The translations under genes were made by a program, and so were the position numbers. 64,000 nt of DNA, from the NCBI GenBank assembly GCA_030324005.1, contig JARDVH010000193.1, forward strand, positions 39,189,696 through 39,253,695, read 5' to 3'. The DNA is from Negaprion brevirostris. Its lineage: Eukaryota. The notes below the pieces were generated by a model. It saw nothing but the letters and a program-made list of their open reading frames with translations. It did no database searches and had not been told where the DNA came from. Below, in pieces: positions 13,390 through 25,912 of the stretch (positions within the stretch are counted from its first letter, which is position 1; every line of letters begins with the position of its first letter).

Positions 13390-13669
13390 CGCTGAAGTTT
13401 TAACATAAAGAATAAAATGTTTATTAAAACAAGAAAAATGAATTAAATTACTCTAGTCAAAAAAGTTGGAAAGACCTCCATAAAAACACAAGAAAATGAT
13501 TCAAACTCGCTCCATTCCTTTTACCCCAGCAATGAAGCTCACAAGTGTGAGCATGTCTCAGGATTGGTAGAGATTGTTGGTAGGTGAGTGAAGGGGTTAT
13601 GGTGAATGGGGCACGTGTGTGACAATAGGGGTACAATTGGTAGAATATAGTATGTAAAAGTGGATTTAT

Positions 13670-14154
13670 GTGAGATTATTAAACATCTTCCAGATCTTCA
13701 GGGTTAGATTGCTGGCATTGATCACCATGACTACTTGCATTCACTGCCTTTTTGATATTTGTCTGGAGGGCTTCCTGGTCCTCTGAAGGAAGGGAAACTC
13801 TCTTCTATTGCCTGCCTCTTGCATCCAGGTCTCCCACAGAGCATCCAATTACTTTGGGCAAATCCTCTGTTCTGTTGCACCATTTCTGTAGCTTTCACTC
13901 TTCTTCAATCCATTTCAGTTCCTGCTGCAGCCAGTATGTTGCTTTTAAAAGATGCAGTTTGCCTTTAAGTAGTGCAAGCCAGCTTTAAGCAGTGCTGGTG
14001 TTGCACAAAGTTGGGCTCTTGCAGCCATTCAGCAGTCATTATAATTAGCAAGTAGAATGATCTAAGTGTGCTGTTGGAACCACATTGAATGGGCCTGGGA
14101 TAATTGCACATTACAATCCCTGTGTTGATTTCTGGGTCTATCCAATTTTGCTCC
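13670..14154 (-). mobile_element. Harbinger element end with exon 1 of the Myb/SANT gene (decayed)
   Basis: ATG at 13883 reads MVQQNRGFAQ..DALWETWMQEAGNRRE..RKPSRQISKRQ*MQVVMVINASNLTLKIWKMFNNLT, homologous to 27695-27924. TIR-like GGAGCAAAATTGG at 14154. Confidence 0.7.
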
Positions 14155-16331
14155 TGTTGTGTTTATGCAACTGATCAGTGCCGCATATGGCAATGCTATT
14201 GAACAGTATTATAAATCAGTTACTACTTTGAAATAGAGCTCCATAAATTCTTTATTTGAAGTACATTCAGTGATCTGTGCTTAAAATGTATAGCCTTAGG
14301 CTGTACGTTGCAATTGTGATCCGTGGAGACACTGATCTCTTCTTTAACATTGCTCAAACTGCACTTGTTCAGGTGTGACCCTTGTATTACTGATGCATTT
14401 GTAATTATGTATAATGGAAATGGGAACACAACGTTTAAGCAGCCCTGTCCATTTGCACAATGAGGGATATTTACTCCTCTTACTTTGTCTTTTGACTCCC
14501 AGGCAATCCCTGAAGCATATTGGAATCAGGTAAGAGGATCTATCTACTCAGAAGCAAGCCCATACAGCAACCTACAAAGATTTCCTCTGCTTTCAAATTG
14601 ATGAAAGAACAAACCAAATGGCACTGTTTCTACAGCGAGCTCCTACAGTATGTAAACTGCAAAACGAAGCCCACAGAGGTTATTCATTTGGCAGCATCGG
14701 GGAGATGAAAGCCATCACTGATTCAAATGAGTCACAACCACTATTTGTCTATCCTACCTATCACCAGGCAACAGAGGTGGCTGTTGGGAGTGTGCAAGCA
14801 AGAGAGAATGAAAATGACATTAAAATAATAAAAGGCTTTGAACGATGCCGTTTGCTCATGTGTTGATTTACACATCAGTCTTTCAGTGATCCTAAAGTCA
14901 AGACTGGAAATTCTGGGCAGGGAAGGAAAAGAGAATGATAGATTTATTTTACGTTTGCACTTACTAGCAGACTGCCTTTTTCCAATAATTTTTTTACTTC
15001 TACTCTTGCCTTTGATCAGGTTATAAAGTTACAATTCAATGTTGGTGACATAATCCTTGATTCTATAACAAGGGCTGAGACTAATTGGATAGCTTGTTTA
15101 AAGAGCCAGCACGGACATGATTGGCCAAATGGTCTCCTTTGATGTTGTAAGATCTGTAAATCATCATTTAGTGTGAGATGTAATGAGAGACAGAGATCAG
15201 GCTTCACCACTATTAGATATTCAGAAAAAGCTATTTTTCTTAAGCTTTTAATAGAGTGACAATAGCAGGTACACATCGATTTTCCTGATGGAACTCACAG
15301 TGAAATTTCCCACTGGGCTCATTCTCCTCTACCCTACATCCATTGGGAAGGCTATTCCAGCTACTTAGTCCTTCTGAACATGTGGGAGGGTTGTGAACAA
15401 TTTTGGGTACACCTGATGCCACTTTTATTTGTATATTGTAGGTTCCAGTAAGAAAATTCTTAAAAATACATTTAACATCACTATGAAATTCCAGAAATCT
15501 CAGTTATACTGATGTCAAATGATATTGACCCATTCTGTGCTTAAACCTTTGGCCGCAAATCAATGACAGCACATTATTCATCCAGTAAATCCAGGAAACT
15601 TGTGTAAGTTGGTAGTTTTTGCATGGAGGCAGAGCTATTAAACTAGCAACAGAAGACTTCAGTAGGAATACCTTGGAAAATTGGCAAAGAAGTGAGAAAA
15701 TTCATATCACTCAGGTTTCTAGTGAGATTTCAGCATAAGGTCAGTTACGTACAAACTTTTGCAAGAAAAAAAGCACTTCTTTGTGCTTATGTCACTATTA
15801 CACTGAAACATTCCAGGAAATTTTGGCTTTAATTGTCTATTTTTTAGACATGCAAGATTTATGCTTTGATTCTTATTGGTGTCAAAATATTTGGATGCCT
15901 TTTATCCTGATTTTCATGAAGAAACAGTGTGCCATATGCAGGCTCATTAGTATTGTTCTTCATAGTATTTGTTATCAAATGTCTAAAGACTGATAATTTT
16001 CTAATTTCTCTGATTTTCAAATTTGTGATGAGAATCGGAAGCCTGCCTGAGTTTTGACCAACCCAGCTAATGCCCTGTGACATATGTCTATTGACCATCC
16101 TAAACGAGCTTTGTTAACCTAATACAACAGGGATTGGACTTGAGACCTTTGTGGCCTGCGTAGTTTCATTACATTTGAAAGCACACTTAGCAATTGAACC
16201 ACTGAGTCTGCTCATTTCCATCTTGCGCTTAATCATTGCAGAGAGCAATTGCTAATGATTTTTAACATGGTCACATTGCGGTCCAGGGCTTGCTAGTTAG
16301 AGTAATGTGTCAATAGTCTACCGATGGCATA

Positions 16332-16745
16332 GGCAGAATCTTCAGGCATTGGGACCGTGCACAGGTGTGCAGTAAGCACTTTTTCAACACCTTCTAAGAA
16401 GCCTCCTAATTGGTCGCCTTTGCATAGGCCAATTAAGAACAGTAGATGGGTTCCTGGGGATGCAGGCCTAATTAGAAGGCCTGTTGCAGTGGATGGCTGA
16501 CAGCACAGTGGGCATCGCTGAGGCAGTTAGAGTACCACGAGGTTGCCCCAAAATTTAGTTGCTCTTGGAAGCATGAACGAAATGCTGAAAATAGAGAGGT
16601 CCAAAGCTGAAAAAGGCTCAGAGGGGAGGGGAAGCCTTTCCAGAGGATTAGTGTCAGCTGCAGTTGCAGCCTCTCAAACCCATGGTCCTGTCATTTGGAT
16701 TTGCAGCCTGTAGCTTCAGCTAATGGAAGCAAAATTAGGGCAGCT
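16332..16745. mobile_element. Probable non-autonomous Harbinger-type DNA element (degenerate)
   Basis: Starts GGCAGAATCTT. Internal CCAATTAAG and GGCCTAATTAG motifs resemble 18815-19596. Right end uncertain. Confidence 0.4.
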
Positions 16746-16788
16746 TGTCACAGATTAAAGATCTGTCTTGTCTCTTCTCATCTAAGAA

Positions 16789-17085
16789 TGGGCAGCACGG
16801 TGGCACAGTGGTTAGCACTGCTGCCTCACAGCGTCAGGAATCCTGGTTCGATTCCTGGTTTGGGTGACTGTATGGAAATTGTATGTTTTCCCTGTGTCTG
16901 CGTGGATTTCCTCTGAGTGCTCCAGTTTCTTCCCACAGTCTGAAAAATGTGCTGATTAGGTGCATTGGTCATGCTAAATTCTCCCTCAGTGTACCCGAGT
17001 GTGGCTGCTGGAGTGTGGTGACTAGGGGATTTTCATAGTAACTTCACTGCAATGTTAATGTGAGCCTATTTGTGACACTAATTTA
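16789..17085 (+). mobile_element. V-SINE, type B tail
   Basis: GGGCAGCACGGTGGCACAGTGGTTAGCACTGCTGCCTCACAGCG...GGTTCGATTCC; tail ...GCCTATTTGTGACACTAAT. Confidence 0.92.
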
Positions 17086-18814
17086 AGAAAATGAATGTCT
17101 AAACATTTGGAGCCACTTTAACTGGGTTACTGGTAGAGTGATTGAAATAAAATGTGTCGCCTAGTCACCCCAGTCTCAGTGGATGATGTTATTTGTTATC
17201 TGTTAGCTGCATAGTCCACATGGTTATTGGTTCACATAATATTAGTAACCTGGCAGCAGGATGGAGACTGAGCTTATGATTTGGGAATGCTGTCATATCA
17301 AGGCTGAGGCGTTGATGGTGGTGTGAATCTAACCTTGCCCTGTTTGAAAGATGTTTTTCAAAGGCAATTCATACTATATCACAAAATCATGTCAGGCTCT
17401 CTATTGAATCTACAGGCCTTGAATCCTATTTTAATTGACAGCTTTTTAAGATATCCCTTTATGTGGATCTTACAACACAGAAATGGGACTTGCAGTCCAA
17501 TGAGTTCATGTCAGTGTTTACTCTCCATGTAAATAAATAATGCCTTTGATCTTTGCATGCCCCCAGTTTTGGTTTCAAAGCCATGGAAGTGTCTAAGTGG
17601 GGATTCCATTTTTTGGTTTACTGAGGGAAAGTCTGCTTCACCAAGGAACTGGAATAAGTGGGAATATTCCATGATGTCAGATTTCATTAATGAACTTTTC
17701 CACCCAAGTATGGTTCCTTTACATTATAGGTGGGATTTCCGCCCCTGGCATCCTTGAACCTGGGGAGGACCTTTTGCTGTCCAGTACCTAAGTTGCACTT
17801 AATATATTGAGCCTTCCCTAAAAGAGGAAATGCAAGGTTTTTGCTGGCTTTCACTCAGTGAACGACACTTCCTTCACTTCAATTACATAGCGCACTCTTT
17901 GTCCCCTAACTTGTTAGCACAAATCATTTAGATTCTGTACTCTGAATTGAACACTTTCACATAAATCCTAACAGATTGGAAACATGACAATACCTTTATG
18001 CTTGGGAGAAATTTTAAAGGTGCTTATCCTTTTACCTTGTCATGTTTCATAGACTTTCACACAATAACCATTGCTCCTTATTGAATTAATTGTACCTGCG
18101 CCAACTGGTGCTTGACATATAATGCACTGCATGATGAGAAGCTAACCACCTGCCTTATCTTTTTCAGTCCAATTTTTTGATTGAATTTCGAGATGAGTCA
18201 CGCTGTTCATTGTACTGTGATTACTATGCTCTCCACACAGCAGTGATTCCACAATGCGCATGCTAAAACCTGGAAAAAAATGAACAATTGCCCCAGGGCT
18301 TCCAAAAGTCCTTTGGATGGATACACTGTGTGATGGTACTATGCAGATCTCAACATTGATCCCTGGTCTATGCCGTGTTAGCTGGTCTTAAATGGAATGA
18401 GAGAAAGGGGTTAACATTAGCTGCCTTCCCTGGCCAGGAAGGGAAAATTTAACCAAAGGCACCTACTCCTGAGTATTGTCCTATTCGGGTTGCTGAAGGA
18501 TAGAACTGGAACCAATGTTCAGACAAGTTTTGCATATTAGAACAGTAAGTGGATTTACAGAAGTACTTTGCTGGCTTTAAAGCACTTTGAAACATGTGGT
18601 GATGGTGAAAAGATAAATGTACGTCTTTTTCATATATTTGTTTCCACAATTACACATAACATGCATACACCTCCAAAAACAATAATCACAATTTTAGCCT
18701 TCTATTTTTTTTAGGAGCTCAAGTGAATGCCAGGTTTGTGATCGCTACCTGCGTGCAGTTAAACATGATTAATATAAAACTAACAGATGTTAAGGATATG
18801 CTTTTGGAAATAAT

Positions 18815-19596
18815 GGGCTGAATATTATGGAGGGGCAGGGGCCACAATGCTCACTCCTTTAAAAAAGGCCTCCTCCCAGTAATAACATGCTGTCAGCGGC
18901 TTAAACTGAGTGACGGACTGTTGCCCCTCAGTGGAAGGAAGCCCTACCAGTCAATCAGAATGGCCAGAAGCTCTTGCAGTTCCAGTAGCACCAGAACTGA
19001 GTAGTCGGGGAAGAAGCATAAATGACCATTGGAGAGAAGTACGTCTGGGGTTTTAGAACATAAAACATAGAAAAGCTACAGCACAAACAGGCCCTTCGGC
19101 CCACAAGTTGCACCAAACATATCCCTACCTACTAGGCTTACCTATAACCCTCNNNNNNNNNNNNNNNNNNNNNNNNNNNNNNNNNNNNNNNNNNNNNNNN
19201 NNNNNNNNNNNNNNNNNNNNNNNNNNNNNNNNNNNNNNNNNNNNNNNNNNNNNNNNNNNNNNNNNNNNNNNNNNNNTCGACAGCATACACTCGGTTCCCT
19301 CCTCCAGATCATCTACATAAATGGTAAATAGCTGAGGCCCCAGCACCAACCCCTAGGGCACTCCACTAGTCACTATTATGGAAGGCAAGGCAGGCTTAGG
19401 CCCGTAAGTGCCGAATAATTAGCTTCAATAGGCCTATGGGTGGATGGCCTGGCTGGCACCTTATTTATCCCCAGTAATATGGGGGATTGGGTCAGGAGTG
19501 GGCAGCAAGACGGTGGGCAGGCCACACCACGTATTTTACATCCATGTCCACTTTCCCTTTCGAACACACCCAGCTGGAGGCTGTAAAATCCAGCCC
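18815..19596. mobile_element. Harbinger-type non-autonomous element with a nested CR1 (19055-19372, minus)
   Basis: TIRs GGGCTGAATATTA / TAAAATCCAGCCC with a 3-bp direct repeat AAT on both flanks. The inner CR1 reads GSVLGPQLFTIYVDDLEEG-like. Confidence 0.75.
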
Positions 19597-19639
19597 AATA
19601 ATCTGGGACAAAACCCAGATTTTGAGTTTTTGATGCAGT

Positions 19640-21660
19640 AATGGAGAGGGTTGATAGGGTAATGCAGTTGGTATGCTATAAATGGATTTCCAAAAGATGT
19701 TTGGTTAAGTACTACATAATAGTTATGTCAGCAAAGTTAAAGCCCATGGAATAAAAGGGAAAATGGCAGCAGGTGTGGGAAGTTTGCACATTCTCCTGAT
19801 GTCTCTTGTGGATTTCTTCTGGGTGCCCCAGTTTCCTCCCACAGTCCAAAGATGTGTAGGTTAGGATGGTTGACCATGCTAAGTTGCCATTTAGTGTCCC
19901 AAGATGTGTGGGTTAGGAGGATTAGTGGAGTAAATATGTGGGGTCACAGGGACAGGACCTGGATTGGGTGCTTTGTTGGAAAGTCAGTGCAGACTTGATA
20001 GGCTGAATGGCCTTCTTCTACATTGTAGAGATTTTGTGAAGTTGTCTGAATTAACAGGAAACAACAAGTAGTGATGAATGGTTGTTTAACAGACTGGAAG
20101 AAGGAATACAATAGTACTTCCCAGGAGCTGATACTAGGACTGCTACTTCTCTTGTCCTATATTAGTGACTTGGATTTCAAGACACAAGTCTTGGAAATAT
20201 TCTGAGCTGTGAAGAAAATGGAAAAATAGCAGAATGATACAGAAGATTATAGACAGGCTGGTTGGTGCAGATGCAATTTAATACCAAGAAATGTGAAATT
20301 ATATATGTTGGTAGAAGAAAAAGGAGACCTTAATAAAACTTGGTCTCATGTTCATCTGGCTTATTGTGTCCAATTCTGGGCTCTACACTCTAGGAAGGAT
20401 GTGTAGGCTATAGAAAGGGTGCTGAAAAGATTTACAAGAATGGTTCCAGGAATGAGGGACTTCAGTAACGTGGATGGGTGATGCATTTTGGTAGGAAGAA
20501 CATGGAAAGACAATATACAATAAGGGGTAAAATTCTAAAAGGGGTGCAGGAGCAGAGAGACCTGAGTATATATGTGCATTGATCATTGAAGGTGGCAGGG
20601 CCGGTGGAGAGAGCAGTTAATACAGCCTATGGTGTTTTGGGCTTTATTAATAGGGGCATAAAATACAACAGTAAGGAGATTATGCTGAACTTATACGAAA
20701 CACTAGTTAATATAAGACACTAGACACTAGAAGATTGTGTACAGTTCTGAAATCCACGCTAAAGAAGGATGTGAACACATTGGAGAGGGTGCAGAAGAAG
20801 TTTACAAGAATGGTCCCAGGGTTGAGAAACTTCAGTTATGAAGGTAGATTGGAGAGGCTGAGACTGTTCTTGGACTGAAGAATTCTGAGAGGAGATTTGA
20901 TATAGATGTTCAAAATCATGAGGGAGGCTGGATAGGGAGAAGGTGTTCCCACTCATTGATTATCAAGAACAAGAGGGCACAGGTTTAAGGTGATTTGAAA
21001 AGGAAGCAAACATGATATTAAAAAAAACTTTTTCATACATTTAGTGGTTCAGGTGTGGAATCCACTGCCTGGAAGTATAATGGAGGTAAGTTCAACTGAA
21101 GCATTCAAGAGGGCATTAGATGATTATTTTAATGGAAATAATACACAGAGGCATGGGGAAAGGCTGGGAATGGCACTAAGCCACATGCTCATTTGGAGAG
21201 CTGGTGCAGACACAATGAGCCAAATGGGTTCCTTCTGCGCCGCAGCAATTTTGTGAATCTGGAGACGCGGGAGTTGTTCTCCTTCTCTGAAAAGAGAAGG
21301 TTGAGAGGAGATTTAATAGAGGTGTTCAAAATCATGAGAATTGCAGAGAGCTGATAGAAACTGTTTTCGATGTTGAAAGGGCTGAGAACCAGAGTACACA
21401 GATTTAAACTGATTGGCAAAAGTGCTAAAGCCTACATGAGGAAAAGCTTCTTTAACACACCAAATTGAATCCCTTACCTAAAATAGTGGTAGCAGTAGAT
21501 TCAATTGTGGCTTTACAAAAGGAACTGGATAAACAGCTGAACAAAAAAGAAATGCAGAGCAGCAGGGAGAAGACTATGAAGTAAGGCTATCTAAATTATT
21601 CTTGCAGAGGGCCAGCAGACATTCAACAGGGTCTTCTGTGCTGTAACCATTCCATAATTC
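19640..21660 (+). mobile_element. Mosaic of CR1 LINE fragments with an embedded 5'-truncated V-SINE (19770-20040)
   Basis: RT motifs MDFQK.F.KV, LERVQKKFTRMVPGLRNFSYEGRLERL and VVQVWNPLP. Two CR1 3' tails (~21250, ~21660). 20330-20475 is out of order. Confidence 0.9.
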
Positions 21661-21766
21661 TAACAAGATGAGTTCAGTTGCAAAACATGCCACATTCAAA
21701 TGATTTAACCAGACTTACCATGTATTCTCACAGATTGAAAAGCAGCCAGCTAGTTCAATTTAATAC

Positions 21767-21905
21767 TAGCTTTGACAAAGGGTCATCTGGACTCAAAATG
21801 TCATCTTTTTCTCTCTTTACAGATGCTGGCAGAACTGCTGAGATTTTCCAGCATTTTCTTTTTTGGTTTCAGATTCCAGCATCCACGGTAATTTACTTTT
21901 ATTTT
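21767..21905 (+). mobile_element. Penelope-type terminal repeat fragment (degenerate hammerhead motif)
   Basis: TTGACAAAGGGTCATCTGGACTCAAAATGTC...CAGATGCTGGCAGAACTGCTGAGATTTTCCAGCATTTTC...CAGATTCCAGCATC. Same family as 55488-55712. Confidence 0.7.
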
Positions 21906-22879
21906 AACTGGTTCAGTTACTGGATAATGACTGGCGCTCATGGAATCAGCACCTACAGGACGACAGCAGGTAAACTTGGGGACATTAGAGAAAATCGATT
22001 ACTTCTATCAGATTCGAAAAATTGGTCATTACCAAATCAGGTATTTGAACACAAGACGGTTCCGGGACTTAATAAAATTGTTTCAACAGCAATTAATACA
22101 TCACAGCCCATTTATTTCAAATATATTGTTCTTCCTCGCAAAGATCTAGTACATTCTATATTTGTAATGGGTTTCTTTAAAGCTGTCAGATAATGGTTTC
22201 TTGAAATTAATTTTGCTGCTAATGGGCACCTCTGCAGAAATCTGAACATTTTCTCGCTTTATAAAAAAACACAAATTACGTTTTTGTCTAAAAATCTGAT
22301 AAATTGCAGTTAACATTGCTATAAAACCTTGAGTTCAGACTCTACTGAAAGTGTTGAGAAACTGACATGAACAGTATTACTGATATCACAAGGCACCCAG
22401 AGTATTCAGCCATACTTGTCTTATGTACAATCTTGATCAAATATGGGATGGGTGACATGTAGCTGTATCATGAGTCAGTCAACAATGCACTATTCTACTC
22501 CTATTTATACCTCCCAACTTGAGTCATTCACCACTGACATAATATGCTCCCTACAACAGAATTTCCCATGTTCCTTATATGGGCATTAATATCATGCTGA
22601 ATGACAGCTGGTTCAACACTGTATGTAAAAATATACATTAAAAAGATTTCTTCAACAACTACACAGTAATTGCCTAATTAAAATGGTCACATCTGAGACA
22701 TAATTAGAATGTTTTCTTACTATTTTTATTTTATTTTTGTTTCAATGTGAGGGATGTCAGTGCTTTGCCAATAAACATTTCTAACTTCAGATAGCTAGTG
22801 CCAAGTACTGGTGTCTAGCAGGCCAGATAGAACATGGGTTAGATAAAAATTAAACTTTTCATTGCTGTACTTAGGATAT

Positions 22880-23229
22880 ATACAGTAAGAAGTCTCACAG
22901 CACCAGGTTAAAGTCCAACAGGTTTATTTGGTAGCAAAAGCACTAGCTTTCGGAGCACTTGCTGCCCCTGCTCCGAAAGCTAGTGCTTTTGCTACCAAAT
23001 AAANNNNNNNNNNNNNNNNNNNNNNNNNNNNNNNNNNNNNNNNNNNNNNNNNNNNNNNNNNNNNNNNNNNNNNNNNNNNNNNNNNNNNNNNNNNNNNNNN
23101 NNNGGAGAAGCGAACATTCCGAAAGCTAGTGCTTTTGCTACCAAATAAACCTGTTGGACTTTAACCTGGTGTTGTGAGACGTCTCACTGTGTTTATTCCA
23201 GTCCAACACCGGCATCTCCACATCATGAC
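22880..23229. mobile_element. Penelope-type non-autonomous hairpin element with a 12-bp TSD
   Basis: ~72 bp inverted arms (22883-22954 / 23118-23189). TACTTAGGATAT is duplicated at 22868-22879 and 23230-23241. N-gap inside. Confidence 0.8.
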
Positions 23230-23262
23230 TACTTAGGATATGCCTCAGACTCCAGACTCCTT

Positions 23263-23388
23263 GGCCTGAATTTTACTGGCATGCCCACCCCAATTCTGGA
23301 GGCCGGGGAGTCTCAGAGAACGACATTCTCTGTTGGCCTCAGGAAGGATCATACAAAACTTGGGCGGACATGCCGGTAAAATTACGTC
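23263..23388. mobile_element. ~125 bp Harbinger-type MITE
   Basis: GGCCTGAATTTTAC...GTAAAATTACGTC. Related to 1079-1205 in the reverse orientation. Confidence 0.7.
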
Positions 23389-24164
23389 ACAGTGTAAATT
23401 TTGCACTAGCCACCCTCAAAAATTCTCAAAGTCCTCCTTGAATTGGAAACAGTTAGATTTTGTAGGGTCATGCTAACTAGGAACGGGGTTGATGCTAAAT
23501 GTTTCATTTCGCATGAGTCTTTTATCTTTATAAGACAGCAAAGATTTTTCTTGTATTAGTCTGGAATAGATGCAAGTCCAGCTTTCAAAAGTGAAAGGAT
23601 AGTGTGTTAATGTTCCTTCCATTCCACCAACATCACAATTTAATGCAACTAAATATCATATTGCGGATTTCCATGTTAAGTTCATATTCAGTTTCATTCA
23701 TATGTTTTCACTTATTCTCAAAAGTGAATGAGTAATTTCTGATTTTTCAATGTACTTTTGTACAATTGTTTGCCTTTGCAAGGGCAATTAGGGATGCTCA
23801 CATCCGTCTACGAATAAAAATAATTAGAATATTCATCAGCTGCACTATTTATCAAAGGGAAGAATTCAACAACAGACTACATCTCATGTTACCAGGTTTG
23901 CCAATGTACCCTCAGTATCCATGAACCCATTAGTTCCCAGGAGGGTGGGATTGACTGGATTGCTCTACAGAGAGCTAGCATAGATGAAGGGCTGAGTGGC
24001 AGCCTCCTGTTCCGTTATGAGTCTATGGTTCAATACTTTTTATTATTCAGGAATGGTGCTAAAAACTTGTCTGTTTCTAATCTATTAACCAAAATATCAA
24101 GGGAATACTGACTTCAACCTGTTTTATCAATGGTGGCAGAATATATGATGCAACATATATATAT

Positions 24165-24530
24165 TTTTTATTCATCATGAGGTGAGGGCATCACTGGCTA
24201 GACCAATATTTATTGCTCATCCCTAATTGCCTTTGAGAAGACGATAGTGAGCTGCCTTCTTGAATCACTGCAGTCCATCTGGTGTAGGTGCACCCATAAC
24301 GCTGTCAGAGAGGTGGTTTCAGGATTTTGATCCAGCGACAGTGAAGGAACAGTAATGGGTTTCCAGGTCGGGATCATGAGTGACTTGGAGGAGGACTTCC
24401 AGATGGTGGTGTTCCCATGTGTCTGCTTCCCTTGTCCATCTAGCTGATAGTGCCTTTGTGTTTGGAAGATAAGAAGCTTTGGTGAGTTCCTGCAGTGAAC
24501 CTTGTAGATGGCGCACACTGCTGCCACCTG
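24165..24530 (-). mobile_element. L2/CR1-group LINE 3' fragment
   Basis: VAAVCAIYKVHCRNSPKLL...VPSLSLDQNPET; tail CTCAAAGGCAATTAGGGATGAGCAATAAAT. Homologous to 32880-33425 and 58070-58365. Confidence 0.85.
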
Positions 24531-24642
24531 CAACGGAAAAGAAAGCAGCTGATCAAGCACTGCACTGTATAAAATTCTTAAATTTATTGGATGTTAATGC
24601 TCAAGGGAGTGTGGGTTGTAAATAAGTATGTTAGAAAAATCA

Positions 24643-24757
24643 TGGGCAGGGATTTTCCGGTCCACGTGCGCCCCAAGATAGAAACGCCCACTGGAGGCCA
24701 ATGGGCTTTTAAGTTGTCCCCCCAAATTCTCTGTCCCGCTTGTCATAATTCCGGCAG
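24643..24757. mobile_element. Short Harbinger-type MITE
   Basis: GGGCAGGGATTTTCCGG...ATAATTCCGGC, with the GAGGCCAATGG core shared with the other ~125 bp MITEs. Confidence 0.55.
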
Positions 24758-25579
24758 TATCTGGGATCAGAGTGCTTCGCCCCATACCTTTATTATTGGT
24801 ACTCTTTTCAAATTAAAAATTCTCGCTGTTTTAATGCACATTGGCAAGAGAATACATCATAAATGCATAGGGCGGACTTTTCTTTTTTTTTGTCAGTGTG
24901 AAGTCAGACGGAAAATCACAATGTAGCCCGTCAGCTGCACTGCTGGCCTTTCCTGCCATATTTGTAAATACTTAGACATGTGGAAGTGAAGGGGGTGGGT
25001 TCCATGGCATCACACTGGTGGGGCAGGCTCCAAATAGTCCTGCCCCCAAACAACTCTTGCTGTTGACAGATCCCTTTGGCGTCCTCAGTAAAGAAGCTGA
25101 AAATGGAGGACATACCCCACCAAAATATTGATCTCGCCCCCATCCACCCCACTACCCTGACATTCCTGTCTTGAATTGCGCCCCGCCTCCCCCGATCTCC
25201 ATGGAATCCCCACAACCATGGATCGCAAATTATCCCCCCCCATGGACATGGAACCCCTGGCACTTCCTCAAGGCTCCCCTGCATCTCCCAGAGCTCTGCC
25301 CTCACAGTACCTCCAGCACTGCTTTCCTGGTGTTCAGGGATCTTTGTATTAAAGTGAAGGTGAGATCAAGCAGCATGTAATGAGATTGACTAAAGGTCAG
25401 AGTCTCGATATTAATACAGAGCGAATGGTCATAGCTTCTTTCTCAGTGTTGCCTGGGTTTACTGAGAATACTGATTGAAAGAGATTTATTTCTAAAGCTT
25501 GGGCGCGTTCACACAGAGAATGTCAGGGTGGATGGGATCAGGGCTGCCACTGACTGGTGAGCATCAGAGAGGTTGAGTT

Positions 25580-25912
25580 TGCAGGAAGTACTACTCATGT
25601 GACTGGACATACAGAGGCTCAGCTTCCTTGATTTTTTGGGGGAGCATCACCTCCACCCAGAGCAATCGTCATGGCAGATAATCCTAGACATCTGCAACCT
25701 CTGAGAAGAAGATAAGTGGACTCTGCTGAATCTGATGGCCACGTGCCAACAGCGGCTCTGAAAATCATCATTGCTTTCAATGTATTTGCTTTGGCTTCTA
25801 CTGTGGCATCTCTAGAACTATATTGAAGGCCTCAAACTGGGCTTCCCATAAGTGCATAGCCGAGATGAATGGTGGATTGTTGATCCGGCCTGGGAAATAT
25901 GTAAATTTACAC
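25580..25912 (+). pseudogene. Harbinger (HARBI1-like) transposase N-terminal remnant, in an element starting ~24870
   Basis: Frame-broken translation LSFLDF..E..WQIILDICNL.EE...DGHVPTAALKIIIAFNVFALAS...SNWASHKCIAEMNGGLLIRPGKYVNL matches the HARBI1-family HTH region. TIR-like GGGCGGACTTTTC at 24870. Confidence 0.75.

Noticed and set aside
16789-16862. tRNA genes (this and similar loci)
   Set aside because: A and B boxes are present, but they are SINE heads continuing into the V-domain, without a proper cloverleaf.
21678-22193. 171-aa ORF
   Set aside because: It runs through a Penelope-type repeat into AT-rich DNA, has a non-ATG start and shows no domain.
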